Source: Octopus bimaculoides (taxonomy: Eukaryota). From it: 64,000 nucleotides of DNA. A program made the position numbers and the translations under genes. The stretch covers positions 53,156,280 to 53,220,279 of the forward strand of contig NC_068983.1 in assembly GCF_001194135.2 (NCBI RefSeq), written 5' to 3'. The notes beneath the pieces are model-generated. The model was not told the DNA's origin. It did not search any database and saw nothing but the letters and a program-made list of their open reading frames with translations. Positions 1-11,726 of this stretch are shown in pieces. Numbering within the stretch: the stretch's first letter is position 1; every line of letters starts with the position of its first letter.

Positions 1-52
1 CTAATCCCAGAGAAATAAGTAGCCTATATATATTTGTTTTCATCTTTTATCT

Positions 53-425
53 ATTTCAGTCATTAGACTGTAGCCATGCTGGGGCACCGCCTTTAATTTT
101 TAGTCGAATGAGTCAACCCCAGTACTTATTTTTCAAGCCTGGTACTTATTCTATTGGTCTCTTTTGCTGAACAACTAAGTTACATCGGTTGCCATATGGT
201 GATGGGGGGGGGGGGGCAAACAGAACAGACACACACACATAAATATATATACATATACATACAACAGGCTTCTTTTAGTTTCCATCTACCAAATCTACTT
301 AGAAGGCTTTGGTTGGTCCTAGGCTATAGTAGACAACACTTATCCAAGGTGCCATGCAGTGGGACTGAACCCAGAGCCGTGTGATTAGACAGCAAGCTTC
401 TTACCACGTAGCCACTCCTGTGCCT
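53..425 (-). mobile_element. tRNA-derived CORE-type SINE (octopus OK/OR-like) with internal (CA)/(TA) microsatellite
   Basis: Minus strand starts aggcacaggagtggctacgtggtaagaagcttgc...ggttcagtcccactgcatggcaccttggataagtg (A/B-box-like head plus CORE-like motif). Same family at 15793, 24670, 36843, 43936 and 49725. Confidence 0.85.
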
Positions 426-434
426 ATATATATA

Positions 435-2005
435 TCATCATCATCATCATCGTCGTCATCATTTAATGTCCACTTTTTCTACTAGCATGTGTTAGATGGT
501 TTGACTGGAACGGGTGAGCCGGAGAACTGCACCAGGTTTCAGTCTGATTTGGCATGGTTTCTACAGCTGGATGCTTTTCTTAACACCAACCACTCTGAGA
601 GTGGGTGCTTTTTATGGTAATGGCCACTACAAAGATTTCACAGGTGCCATTTACATGACATTGGCAATGGCCACAACTACGGTTTCACTTGGCTTGATGA
701 GTCTTCTCAAGCATAGCATATCACCAAGGTCTTCGTCACTTGTCATTGCCTCCCTGATGCCCAACATTCAAAGACCATGCTTCACCACCTCGTCCCATGT
801 CTTCCTGAGTCTACCTTTTTCACAGGTTCCCTCCACAGTTAGAGATCAGCATTTCTTTACATAGCTGTTCATGTCCATATGCATTACATGACCATACCAG
901 CACATTAGTCTCTCTTGCGCACCACATCTGATGCTTCTTATACCTAGTTTTTCTCTCAAAACACTTACGCTCTGTTGCTCAAGCACACTGCCATTGCACA
1001 TCCAGCGAAGCATGCCAGATTCATACATCATCATCATTTAACATCAATTGTCCATGCCAGCATGGTTGGACAGCTTGACCGGGGCTGGCAAGCTGGAAGG
1101 CTGCACCAAGCTCCAGTTTGATTTGGCATGGTTCCTATGGTTAGATGCCCTTCCTAATACCAACCACTCTAAGAGTGCAATGGGTGCTTTTATGTGCCAC
1201 TGGCATGGGTGCATTTTGCATGATACCAGTATCTGCCATGACTGTGATTTTGCTTGACTTGATGGACCTTCTTCTCAAATGCAACATAATGCCAAAAGTC
1301 TTGGTCATTGCCTCTGTGAGGCCCAACACTCAAAAGGAGCTCAGCCATTTTGCCTCCATGAGGCCCAACGCTCTGAAGATGCTTTACGTGCCAGTTACAT
1401 GACTCCAGCATCAGCCACGATTACAATTTCACTTGGCTTGATGGGTCTTCTCAAGCACAGCATATCGCCAAAGGTCTCAGTCACCAGTCATTGCCTCCGT
1501 GAAGCCTAAAGTTTGAAGTTCATGCTTCACCACCTCATCTCATGTCTTCCTGGGTCTACCTCTATCACAGGTTTCCTCCACAATTAGAGACCGGCACCTC
1601 TTTACACAGCTGTTCTCATCCATATGCACCGCATGACCATCCCAGTACAGTCCTCTCTCTTGCACACCACATCTGATGCCTCTTATGCCTAACTTCTCCC
1701 AAGATGCTTACACTCTGTTGAACATGCTCACTAATATTGCACATCCAGTGAAGCAAGCCAGCTTCATTTCTTTCAAGCCTACGCATCTCCTCAGAAGTCA
1801 CAGGCCATGTTTCACACAGACATCATACAATCTGTCTTTCACTCTGAGAGAGCAGCCCTTTGTTGCCAGTAGAGGTGGGAGCTCTCTGAACTTTGCCCAG
1901 CCTAATCTGATTCTCAAAGCTATGCTCTCAGAGCACCCACCTCTGCTACTTACTTGGTCAACTAGATAACGGAAGCTATCTACTACCTCTAGCTCACACC
2001 CCCTG
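435..2005 (-). mobile_element. Stack of about three truncated RTE-clade LINE 3' ends
   Basis: Minus-strand peptides GMLRWMCNGSVLEQQSVSVLREKLGIRSIRCGAQERLMCWYGHVMHM and IALRIRLGWAKFRELPPLLATKG match the RTE ORF2 C-terminal pattern. (GAT)n tails at 435-460 and ~1025. The segment acaatttcacttggcttgatgggtcttctcaagcacagc recurs three times. Confidence 0.85.
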
Positions 2006-2039
2006 CAATTGATAGAGGCTATTTTCTGTACATTTTTAG

Positions 2040-2108
2040 TGTTTATTGTACTTGTGCATCTTCCTCTGATATTGCTGCACCTTTTATGTATCCGAAGCCT
2101 TACACCAG
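2040..2108 (+). CDS. Candidate internal exon 1 of an unidentified host gene (phase 2-2): VYCTCASSSDIAAPFMYPKPYT
   Basis: Acceptor ttttctgtacatttttag, donor CAG|gtgaat. 69 bp of unique sequence. Joins in frame to 3017-3062. Confidence 0.55.
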
Positions 2109-2211
2109 GTGAATCTTATGGAGTTTCTACCTACGCCTTTTCTGCAGATCAAGCTGAGGGGATTTGTGATTTACTTGCCTTCGTACTTACTAAGACTATA
2201 TATATATATAT

Positions 2212-2877
2212 NNNNNNNNNNNNNNNNNNNNNNNNNNNNNNNNNNNNNNNNNNNNNNNNNNNNNNNNNNNNNNNNNNNNNNNNNNNNNNNNNNNNNNNNN
2301 NNNNNNNNNNNNNNNNNNNNNNNNNNNNNNNNNNNNNNNNNNNNNNNNNNNNNNNNNNNNNNNNNNNNNNNNNNNNNNNNNNNNNNNNNNNNNNNNNNNN
2401 NNNNNNNNNNNNNNNNNNNNNNNNNNNNNNNNNNNNNNNNNNNNNNNNNNNNNNNNNNNNNNNNNNNNNNNNNNNNNNNNNNNNNNNNNNNNNNNNNNNN
2501 NNNNNNNNNNNNNNNNNNNNNNNNNNNNNNNNNNNNNNNNNNNNNNNNNNNNNNNNNNNNNNNNNNNNNNNNNNNNNNNNNNNNNNNNNNNNNNNNNNNN
2601 NNNNNNNNNNNNNNNNNNNNNNNNNNNNNNNNNNNNNNNNNNNNNNNNNNNNNNNNNNNNNNNNNNNNNNNNNNNNNNNNNNNNNNNNNNNNNNNNNNNN
2701 NNNNNNNNNNNNNNNNNNNNNNNNNNNNNNNNNNNNNNNNNNNNNNNNNNNNNNNNNNNNNNNNNNNNNNNNNNNNNNNNNNNNNNNNNNNNNNNNNNNN
2801 NNNNNNNNNNNNNNNNNNNNNNNNNNNNNNNNNNNNNNNNNNNNNNNNNNNNNNNNNNNNNNNNNNNNNNNNNNNNN

Positions 2878-2878
<1 letters not shown>
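2212..2878. other. Assembly gap (N-run) between (TA)n and (GA)n tracts
   Basis: Run of N. Confidence 1.
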
Positions 2879-2918
<40 letters not shown>

Positions 2919-3016
2919 ATGCAGATGGAACAGCTGTGTGTTTTATTGAAACAAAATTTTAAGACTGTCTTTGCAACAGTATATAAAGAGAAACTATGTA
3001 CATTATGTCATTTTAG

Positions 3017-3062
3017 TTGTTCTGTTTTGAATTTGCATCTTGCTCCTGAACTATTTCAATAT
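3017..3062 (+). CDS. Candidate exon 2 (phase 2-0): (S)CSVLNLHLAPELFQY
   Basis: Acceptor atgtcattttag, donor TAT|gttagt. The other two frames from this acceptor hit TGA. Confidence 0.5.
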
Positions 3063-5569
3063 GTTAGTAAAATAATCAACAACCTTTAATCTTATGGGTA
3101 CAAATACAAAATACAATGAACATTTAATGTATTATAGATATCATAGATCACTATAACATAGGTATATTTTTCTAAGCTCTTCATTAAATATCAGTTTGCT
3201 TGAATAAATTATGACTACAAGAAAAGGATAACATTTAGTTTTCATAGATAATGTGTACCTACAATTTTTAGTTTCAAAAGTTTAGGAAAGTGTATATTTA
3301 TTTATACAAAGAAAATTAATATTGCAAGGTATTTGATCTATGTTTTAGTTATTTATTACCTATTTTAATTGTTAATGTATTCTACTGTATTAAACATGTT
3401 TTGCCATCTTCATTTCTATAGTATCTACTAGTTAAATAAGCCTGTAGATGTTATTTGGATATAGTATGTTTTTTTTAAATCCAGAAAAACTAAAACTTTG
3501 GTATACACCATTCAGCTCATATGTAATATGAATTATCCTATCAAGAAGTACTCTCAAAGTTGATTGAAACCCTATCGAAACATGTCACAAATCCATTGAA
3601 AAAACATTTCTTGGTAGTCCAAACATGAATAAATATATGTGAATTTATGATATAACTGAATACACAAATATTTCATTCCTCTCAAATATATGAATGAATT
3701 AATGATTGCTATTGATATTATATATGGAAATAATTGATTTATTGATTGATATCTCTAATGCTGTTTATAGTGTTAATCATAATATTTTAATGGTTGATTC
3801 TCATAAAGATACTGTTGGTCATTGTTTTATATGGTTATGTTTTCTGAAAAGAAGAATACAATTGGATATTTTATAACGATAAATTGAAAGTTTATTTTAG
3901 TGAACTAAGCCATATAATCTTTATTGTGCTTAGTTAAGATATTTTCTTAATGTTTGGTTTTCACTTTACCTCATATGTAGATGATTATTCTGGCTTTTCT
4001 GTCTCCTGGTTTATGTCTCAGAATTGTCTGCTTTGCAATATCTATTTGTATGTTTCATTGGAATAAAAACATATAACGTACTAAGTCACTAAAACTCAAT
4101 AAAACAAAAACTAGTTACGTTGATTGGTAAATCTTTTCCAAATAAACATAAGATTCTTTAAATATAACAGATAAAATCTTGTTTCCTTATTACTGCAAAG
4201 TATCAATTTCAACTACTGAATTCCAATGACCAACATTTACTACAGTTGCCATTTCTATCTTGAGAAAATAACACGCATTTGTAAATTTCGTATCTGTCTC
4301 ATTGTTAAATCTGTATTCATGTCTTTGATTACTTTCAGATTGTATATATTTAAGTCTATGTTTATTTCACATCCATTGAGTAAACATTCACAAATTAGGA
4401 ATCTGTATCGCTGCGTTGCATTTTATATTCAATATGCACAACGAAGATAATATCTAAGGTTGCTATGCAGAATTTTAGTAGCTCAATATTGATCAGAGAA
4501 TATTATTCAAAATTCTCTTTATGATATAATAGTGAATTCATGATTACTTCTGTTGCTGTTTCTAACCTTCTTCATATTAAGGACTCAGTAACTCTTGTAT
4601 TAGACATAACTTTGATTTTGAATTGCTTATGTTTTCTTTTTATGACTTCAATACACTTCTAATTTATCTTTGTTTGGAGTCTTTAATTCTCCGATTTGTA
4701 TCCAGTGTATTCAATGCCAAACAAGTTATATTTATATCCAATTCATATGTAATTAAATATGTAACCACTTTATATCCAGTCAAATTTGTATATCATGCAA
4801 TGAATTGCTATACTGTATTACAGAATATATCTATAGATTTTTATTGGCTATAAAAATGGAGGCAAAGACATGATTTTTATATAGAATCTCTTTGTAGACA
4901 TGAAGGAGAGGGGTCATCTGTTTTGTATTAAAACAAAACACTTAAAGCACCAGTAATTTATTAGTTGAACCAGCTGTCAAGAATATATATGGGGAGTGAT
5001 CTATCACATTTACTCAAGTAGCAATGGATTTATAAAGACCTAAGAAACTATGAATTTATAAAGAATGTCTCTGTAAACAGTGAAAAGGAGTGTGCAATTG
5101 CTGATGAAATCCCAACATAGGTTTAAAACAAGTTTGGCAGGTCCTTTTCTGTCCAAAAAGATATTTTAGATAAAAAGGGTGGTAAGGAAATAAGTGAAGG
5201 TTAGAATTAGGGATGGTGGTAGTCAAAGACAGGGGTGAGTAGGCAATAGGAAGCAAAGTGGAAACAATGGTAATAATGAAAGATGGAGAACAGTAAGATG
5301 TGACTCAGAGGGGTGAGAGTGATGACTGACAGAACAGAAGGGTGATGAATGTAGTGATGGGTCCTGCTTTCATTATGATGAATGTAGTAATGGGTCCTGC
5401 TTACAACAACAGAATAATCCTGCAGATAGAAGTGTAATGAAGGGATGATTATTATGGGGACCTATTATGTAGAGAATAATATCAAAACATGAAATGGCTA
5501 TTCAGATTGACATTTATAGATATTATTTATGAGAATATGATACTGTGTTGTATTAGTGATTTTTCTGAG

Positions 5570-5870
5570 ACAAACTGGCACTAGCACTCCTTCGGTTATG
5601 ACAAGTGTTCTAGTTGACCTGATTAATGGGACAGCCTGCTCATGAGATTAATGTGCAAGTGGCTGAGCATTCCACAGACACACATACCTGTAACACAGTT
5701 CGCAAGGAAATTCAGCATGACACAGAATGTGACAAGGCTGGCCCTTTGAAATACAGGTTCTACTCATTTTTGCCAGTTTTGTGGACTGGAGCAATGTGAA
5801 ATAAAGTGTCTTGCTCAAGGATATAATGCACTGTCAGTTTTCGAACTCACAACCTTATGATCACACCTTC
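5570..5870 (-). mobile_element. Decayed tRNA/CORE-type SINE (second family)
   Basis: Contains aaagtgtcttgctcaagga (reverse complement of a CORE-like tccttgagcaagacacttt) followed by the tRNA-head remnant ttcgaactcacaacc. Confidence 0.65.
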
Positions 5871-6139
5871 GCTCTGAGACAAAGCATTTACTATCAATTT
5901 AAAAAAAACTAAATCAGTTACCCATAATGCAAGTGAGCAATAATATTCATAAAATTCTTTTCTAGTTAACACCTTTTCAACTGAGATGAGTAACTACTGC
6001 AGATTTTTATGGTTTTAAAAATATATGATTTAACATGTTTATTGTTGTCAATCATAGTAAGAATTAATATGCAGAATCATGAAAACTTACAATAGCTTTT
6101 CTCATCTAAAAATACCAAAACTGATTTGATGTATTCCTT

Positions 6140-6312
6140 ATTGCCATTATTGTTGTTATCTTTGTCATCATTGTCCTCCTCCTCCCCCTCCTCCTCTTCC
6201 TCCTCCTCTTCCTCTCTTCCTCCTCTTCTTCCTCCTCCTCCTCCTCCTTCCATCACCAATGCTGCTACTGCCACCATTATTATCATCATTTTCATCATCA
6301 TAATCACCATCC
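6140..6312. repeat. Low-complexity (CCT)n/(CTT)n/(CAT)n trinucleotide tract
   Basis: Directly visible. Explains the poly-S/P and poly-E/G ORFs in the track. Confidence 0.95.
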
Positions 6313-6543
6313 ATCTATTCAGTCAGTGTTGACCTGGGGCTGTATCAATAGCAACCAACATCGGTGTTGGTGATGATGGCCTTATACTGCAGTGGATCTG
6401 TTAGTATGAAATATCTCCATGCACCTCAGTCATGCACCTTATTTAAGAGGTCTAAATATCCCAGGTTCACTTGAATTAACTCAACCATTGCCCTTTTATT
6501 TGTTTTAATACTATTTTAGAATTTTTTTTTTAATTCCAATCAG

Positions 6544-6585
6544 AGGAAGAGGGATAATGTCGATAGCCTTCTAGATCCCTCCCAA
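6544..6585 (+). CDS. Candidate exon 3 (phase 0-0): RKRDNVDSLLDPSQ
   Basis: Strong acceptor tttttttttaattccaatcag, consensus donor CAA|gtgagt. 42 bp. Only the phase-0 frame is free of stops. Confidence 0.65.
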
Positions 6586-7637
6586 GTGAGTAAGATTGGT
6601 TTTTATTTTGGGAATCATAAGATCAATGTTTCCAGAAAAGAAAAAAAAGGAAAAGAAAAATAATAACCATTTAAGCCATTCCACTCTGGGAAGTATGAAT
6701 TGGGGAAATTATTTTGGGAGATGAGACACTGTGGAGGTGATCAAGGGAGGAAAGATATGTATAGGCTTGGATCAAATGGATATGCAGAATGCAAAAGGGC
6801 AATCATTCTGATGTACATACTGCTACCAACATATTCACTCAGTGTATGTCATCCACCCAGCACCCTAATCATTACTTTTGGATAGATCAGTTGATGTTCT
6901 TGATAGATACAAATGGAATTTTTCTTTCATTTTCAAATTAGATGTCAGTGATATCTTTGCATATTTATCATATTATAATGAGACTTGTTGTTTTGCAATG
7001 GTTGCATTTTCTTCGGCATATAATATATGCTTCCATCATATGGATCACCTAAGCTGCTAATTTTGCCACTATCTTTTAAAAACCTTTAGATAAGACACCC
7101 TACATTGTCACCACCATTCCAAATTCTTTTCAGATTTTCAAATGTGTTACAATTTCTCAAATTGGTTGAACATCCTTTTCATTCTCTTGATTTGAGGTTG
7201 TATATTAATGTGTCATCCAGTTTCACACCATCATATTCTGTGAATATCGTTAGCAGACTTCATTCTGTTGTAAACATTCAGGTAACATTTTCAGTATGAG
7301 GACACTTTGACATCTGGATGTGCTGCTTTCAATTGCTGCAATTGATAGGCCATAGTGTCTTCCTTTTTTCACCGAGTCACAGAGACTCTGAAATATTGTT
7401 ATGAATGCTATCTTTCCTTTTCCAAGTCATAAGAAATACTATTTTATGAAAAGCTTTATCCCTAAACTGAACCATCTCACCTAGCTGACTAACCTTAACT
7501 TCTACTGTTAATAATCTGAAAAATAATTACAGTTCTGGAAGGAATGATCCATCGAAACTAGTGAGAAAGTTTCTACTTATCTGCTAGAAATAACAACCTA
7601 ATATTCTTCAAATCAAAATTTGTCATCATAAATAAGA

Positions 7638-7737
7638 NNNNNNNNNNNNNNNNNNNNNNNNNNNNNNNNNNNNNNNNNNNNNNNNNNNNNNNNNNNNNNN
7701 NNNNNNNNNNNNNNNNNNNNNNNNNNNNNNNNNNNNN
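7638..7737. other. Assembly gap (100 N)
   Basis: Run of N. Confidence 1.
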
Positions 7738-8703
7738 TATATATGTATGTATATCTTAACATATAAAGCTGAAGTTGTGTCTGTGTGAAGCTTTTTTGAA
7801 GGTTTATAGAAATCCACATTTTACACTTTTTCGTAAAAATTTCAACATCAATGGAATTTTCTCGATCTGAACTTTCCAGTGCAGTAATTAGATTTTTAAA
7901 ATTCCTTTTACTTTGTGTGATTTAAGGGAGATTTGGCTGTCGTTTCTAGCAACTTTTATATTCCTTCCCTTCTCCCTGTACCAGCGTTGTTATAGAGAGT
8001 AAGAATAAAAGAGGGAGAGAGAGAGAGAAAGTGATACATACAAAGTCATACATTAACTTAGTTACATTTTACACTCTTACTTCTTCTTACTCTCTCATTT
8101 AATACCTTTCCTGTACCTCTAACATATTTTTCATAACATAGAAACGTAAAAACACACACGACCACACATCCGTGATCTGTGACAACATACACATAAACAC
8201 ATACACAATTCAACATTTTTTATATAAGATTTAGTTTCTGTGATTCTTATATAAACACGTGCACGCATTGCTATTTTAGAACTGTCTTCTGTTCTCACTT
8301 TCTCTCTCTTCATTGCTACCATCTCTATTCCTTTCTCCCCCCCCTCTCTCTCTCTTCTCTCTCACAAAACATTCACTACAATATAACTCATGTTCGTCAA
8401 TGTTTGGTAAATACACCACGATTTTCATTAGGGTGTTAGGGTTTATGTATTGCTCTCTCTCTCTCTCCCCTCTTTTACTCGTACTCTCTAAATTATACGT
8501 CGAGCGCATAATTACTGCACTGGAAAGTTCACATCGAAAAAATTCCATTCATGTAAACATTTTAAAATTCCGTTTACTTAAGGGAGATTTGGCTGTTGTT
8601 TCTAGCAACTTTTATATTTCTTCCCTTCTACCTGTACACACAATCATTGACTACAATATAACTCATGTTCATCAATGTTTGGTAAATATACCACGATTTT
8701 CAC

Positions 8704-8830
8704 TAGGGGGTTAGGGTTTTAGGGTTAGGGTTAGGGTCTAAGGTTAGGATTAGGGTTAGGGTTTTAAGGTTACGGTTAGGGTTTAGGGTTAGTGTTAGGG
8801 TTAGGTTTAGGGTTTTAGGATTAGGGTTGG
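8704..8830 (+). repeat. Degenerate interstitial (TTAGGG)n array, about 20 units
   Basis: ttagggtttt agggttaggg ttagggtcta aggttaggat tagggttagg..., directly visible. Confidence 0.9.
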
Positions 8831-8861
8831 GTAATCGTGCGCGTGTTAATCTGAAAAATTA

Positions 8862-9193
8862 NNNNNNNNNNNNNNNNNNNNNNNNNNNNNNNNNNNNNNN
8901 NNNNNNNNNNNNNNNNNNNNNNNNNNNNNNNNNNNNNNNNNNNNNNNNNNNNNNNNNNNNNNNNNNNNNNNNNNNNNNNNNNNNNNNNNNNNNNNNNNNN
9001 NNNNNNNNNNNNNNNNNNNNNNNNNNNNNNNNNNNNNNNNNNNNNNNNNNNNNNNNNNNNNNNNNNNNNNNNNNNNNNNNNNNNNNNNNNNNNNNNNNNN
9101 NNNNNNNNNNNNNNNNNNNNNNNNNNNNNNNNNNNNNNNNNNNNNNNNNNNNNNNNNNNNNNNNNNNNNNNNNNNNNNNNNNNNNNNNNNNNN
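8862..9193. other. Assembly gap
   Basis: Run of N. Confidence 1.
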
Positions 9194-9721
9194 ATCCTAC
9201 CTCCTGCTAAAAGAGATTACCCTGCTATATATAATCAGGGCAGTGCAAAAAGTTTGTTTTGCACAAGCATTTCTACAGCCAATTAGACGGATGAAATTTA
9301 CATACGCTTAATAATGTTACGCAAAACAGCCTTCAGACTTTCCCTATTAATTTTATCGTCTTTTGAATTATGAACATATTTACATCATAAGGGTTTTTTC
9401 TTTTTAGTTGATTTTCACCTAGCAAGACTTATCGTAGATGGCGTAATAAGTCACACCCGGACAAGGTCGGGTTATACTGCTAGTATATATATAAATGTAT
9501 GTGTATTTTTCAATGTTTAGAAATAACACAGAATAAATAAATGAATAAATAGTTGCCAGGGTAGCAAAAATTCACACAAGTACCAAGGATGTAACAGCTT
9601 ACTTATAAAGGTAGAAATTCCAGGTTTTGGTGAAATGTTTTTGTATTACATAGAAAAATAAATAAATGGAGTTAAATGCAGGTGTTATTCAAATCTTTAT
9701 ACTTCCATCATATGTTTCTTT

Positions 9722-10390
9722 GGATCTTGTTCAAAACGGGGGCACCAGTATTTTCTTAACGAAACACTTTGAAACTTGGGACACTGGTAGAATGTGTCAT
9801 ATAAAACATCTTTTTCTCTTAGTCTTCTTAACAAAAAAACGTACATCGCAAGTTATTTCATGTTAAAGTTGTCGTATTTCTGTAATTTCAACCAATGACT
9901 GACGTCCATTCAGCCGAATAACAGTAAGTGCTGACTACGTAAACAAACGATTGTCAAACGATTTTGGCGGTGATAAAATTATTATTTCCTTGTCAAAAAA
10001 TGGCTGAAGCATATTGGCAGTAGCTAATAAACCTTTCTATTATAGGCACAAGGCATGGTTTTTGAGGGAAGGAGCAAGTTGGTTAGGGTTAGGGAAAACG
10101 AACACACGTGTGTTGCCTCTGCAAAATGTCAGAAGTAATGGAGATTAAATACGCTTTACACTGCTTAAACTGCCAAAGGAGCAACTTGTAAACAGCTGAA
10201 TACTTGTCAGTGATTGGTTGAAATTATCGAAATAAGACAATTTTTTACATGAAATAAATTCGAATACAAAATTTTTTTTCTGTTGTATAACACAAAATAA
10301 ATAAGTATACAAAGTTTGAAAGTCTTTCGGTACCAAAAACACTACATAAAACATAAATGAAAACTGGTGCCCCCGTTTTGAACAAGATCT
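9722..10390. mobile_element. Non-autonomous DNA transposon (MITE-like) with 27-bp perfect TIRs and an 8-9 bp TSD
   Basis: gatcttgttcaaaacgggggcaccagt (9723-9749) is the exact reverse complement of 10363-10389. Flanking direct repeat gtttcttt at 9714-9721 and 10391-10398. Imperfect subterminal inverted repeat at ~9852-9903 / ~10206-10257. Confidence 0.85.
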
Positions 10391-11433
10391 GTTTCTTTAT
10401 GATTGAATCTTGTTGACAGAAACTGAAAGAAGTTCATTATATATATGCATGTGTATGTGTGTGTGTTTTGGTTATATTTACACTGTATGCAAGTTTCAAG
10501 CTCTGAGCAATGTTGTCATTGTTATTCCTGTCAACAAATCATCCACTTGTCAGCTTTAAAGTTGTGTGAATTAAGCAATCATTTACTTGAAAGTCATAAG
10601 GGTTAGCAACAGAAAGAGCATTCAACTGTAAAACAATGCCTCAAAAATATATTCATTTGAGTTGATAGCATAGAAAATGATAAGATGCTCATGAAATATC
10701 CCTTAATAATATGTCTAGCTTTATCAAGCTTCACTTTGGTCTAAATCAAAAACAACAGAACCCGACAACTGTCATGAACCCAGAAGCATCTATCACAATT
10801 AAAAATGTTTCAAGCTAAAAATTAGAAGGTGCAAAAATTATGCAACACATGGAATACATACTTTTGTCCTACCATGTTTTCAAACTTTTAACTGGATTTT
10901 GTCAGTGAACAGGTCGCTGTCTCAAAGCGACAAAATTATTTTGACAAATTAAATTTAAATGTTGAAGTGAATCTAACGGTTTTTGTGTGTTATTTTAAAT
11001 GGCTTATAAACACCTTTCACGCTGCAATTGTTTTCGTTCCAGCACACGATCTCAGATCAGGTCACTTGCTATGCAAGTACATCTCCGTAATTTCATTTAA
11101 TTTTTCTTAAATCTTCACCTTCATACTCTATAATGCAGACAATTTTATAGCTGTACTCCAGCTAATAAACCATCTATGTTCATTGCCAAGTTTGGTGTCT
11201 CTGTACTACTGTACTCAGTTATTTCCCTTCCTCAGTAATTTGCTCCATGCCTACAACAGACATTTTATTAGGTATTGCTGACTACAGTCCTATTGCGCTT
11301 AAAACATCTCAAGGATGAGGAAAATAAATTGTAGACATTCACTGAATTTCACTCCCCTCACCTTGATGACCAGTGATGATTTTCATGATGCTGCCCCCCT
11401 TAGAGATTTGTTGTATTACATCTCCTTTCGCCC

Positions 11434-11726
11434 TTTTAAAGCCTAGCCAGGCTCATGGGCCCAGTTTCCCAGTTTCTATGGCGTATGTTTTTCCCCCAGC
11501 TGGACGGTACGCCAGTCCATCGCAGCATTACTCAAGAAACAGGAAGAAAGAGTGAGAGAAAGTTGGGGCGAAAGAGTACAACAGGGGTTGCCACCACCCC
11601 CTACCGGAGCCTCGTGGAGCTTTAGGTGTTTTTGTTTAATAAACACACACAATGCCCTGTCTGGGAATCGAAACCGCGATCCTCCGATCACGAGTCCGCT
11701 GCCCTAACCACTGGGCCATTGCACCT
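11434..11726 (-). mobile_element. tRNA-derived SINE (third family)
   Basis: Minus-strand head aggtgcaatggcccagtggttagggcagcggactcgtgatcggaggatcgcggtttcgattccc has A and B boxes. The body is homologous to 40393-40703. Confidence 0.85.

Larger units (their letters stand above)
7754..9483 (+). mobile_element. Composite of non-autonomous Helitron-like pieces with internal rearrangements and a TTAGGG array
   Basis: 5' A|TCTTAACATATAAAG at 7754; further TC..TATATAA-type starts near 8229 (-) and 8245 (+). 3' end acccggacaaggtcgggt hairpin (9455-9472) followed by CTAG|T at 9480-9484, the canonical Helitron terminus. A gap at 8862-9193 prevents proving that it is one element. Confidence 0.6.

Noticed and set aside
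2040-3062. Resemblance of FMYPKPYT...L.....LF to the CLC-7 CBS motif FMNPSPYT...L.....LF
   Set aside because: Few identities, non-conservative substitutions, and the following LGLRHL motif is absent; no gene symbol assigned.
6077-6332. Poly-E/G and poly-S/P ORFs
   Set aside because: Trinucleotide low-complexity tract with no splice or codon support.
3551-7563. GAAACATGTC (3577) and GAAACTAGTG (7554) hammerhead-like 3' halves
   Set aside because: No intact CUGANGA core upstream; at best unrecognisable fossils.
8704-8830. True telomere or chromosome end
   Set aside because: The array is short, degenerate, internal and embedded in a duplicated repeat module.
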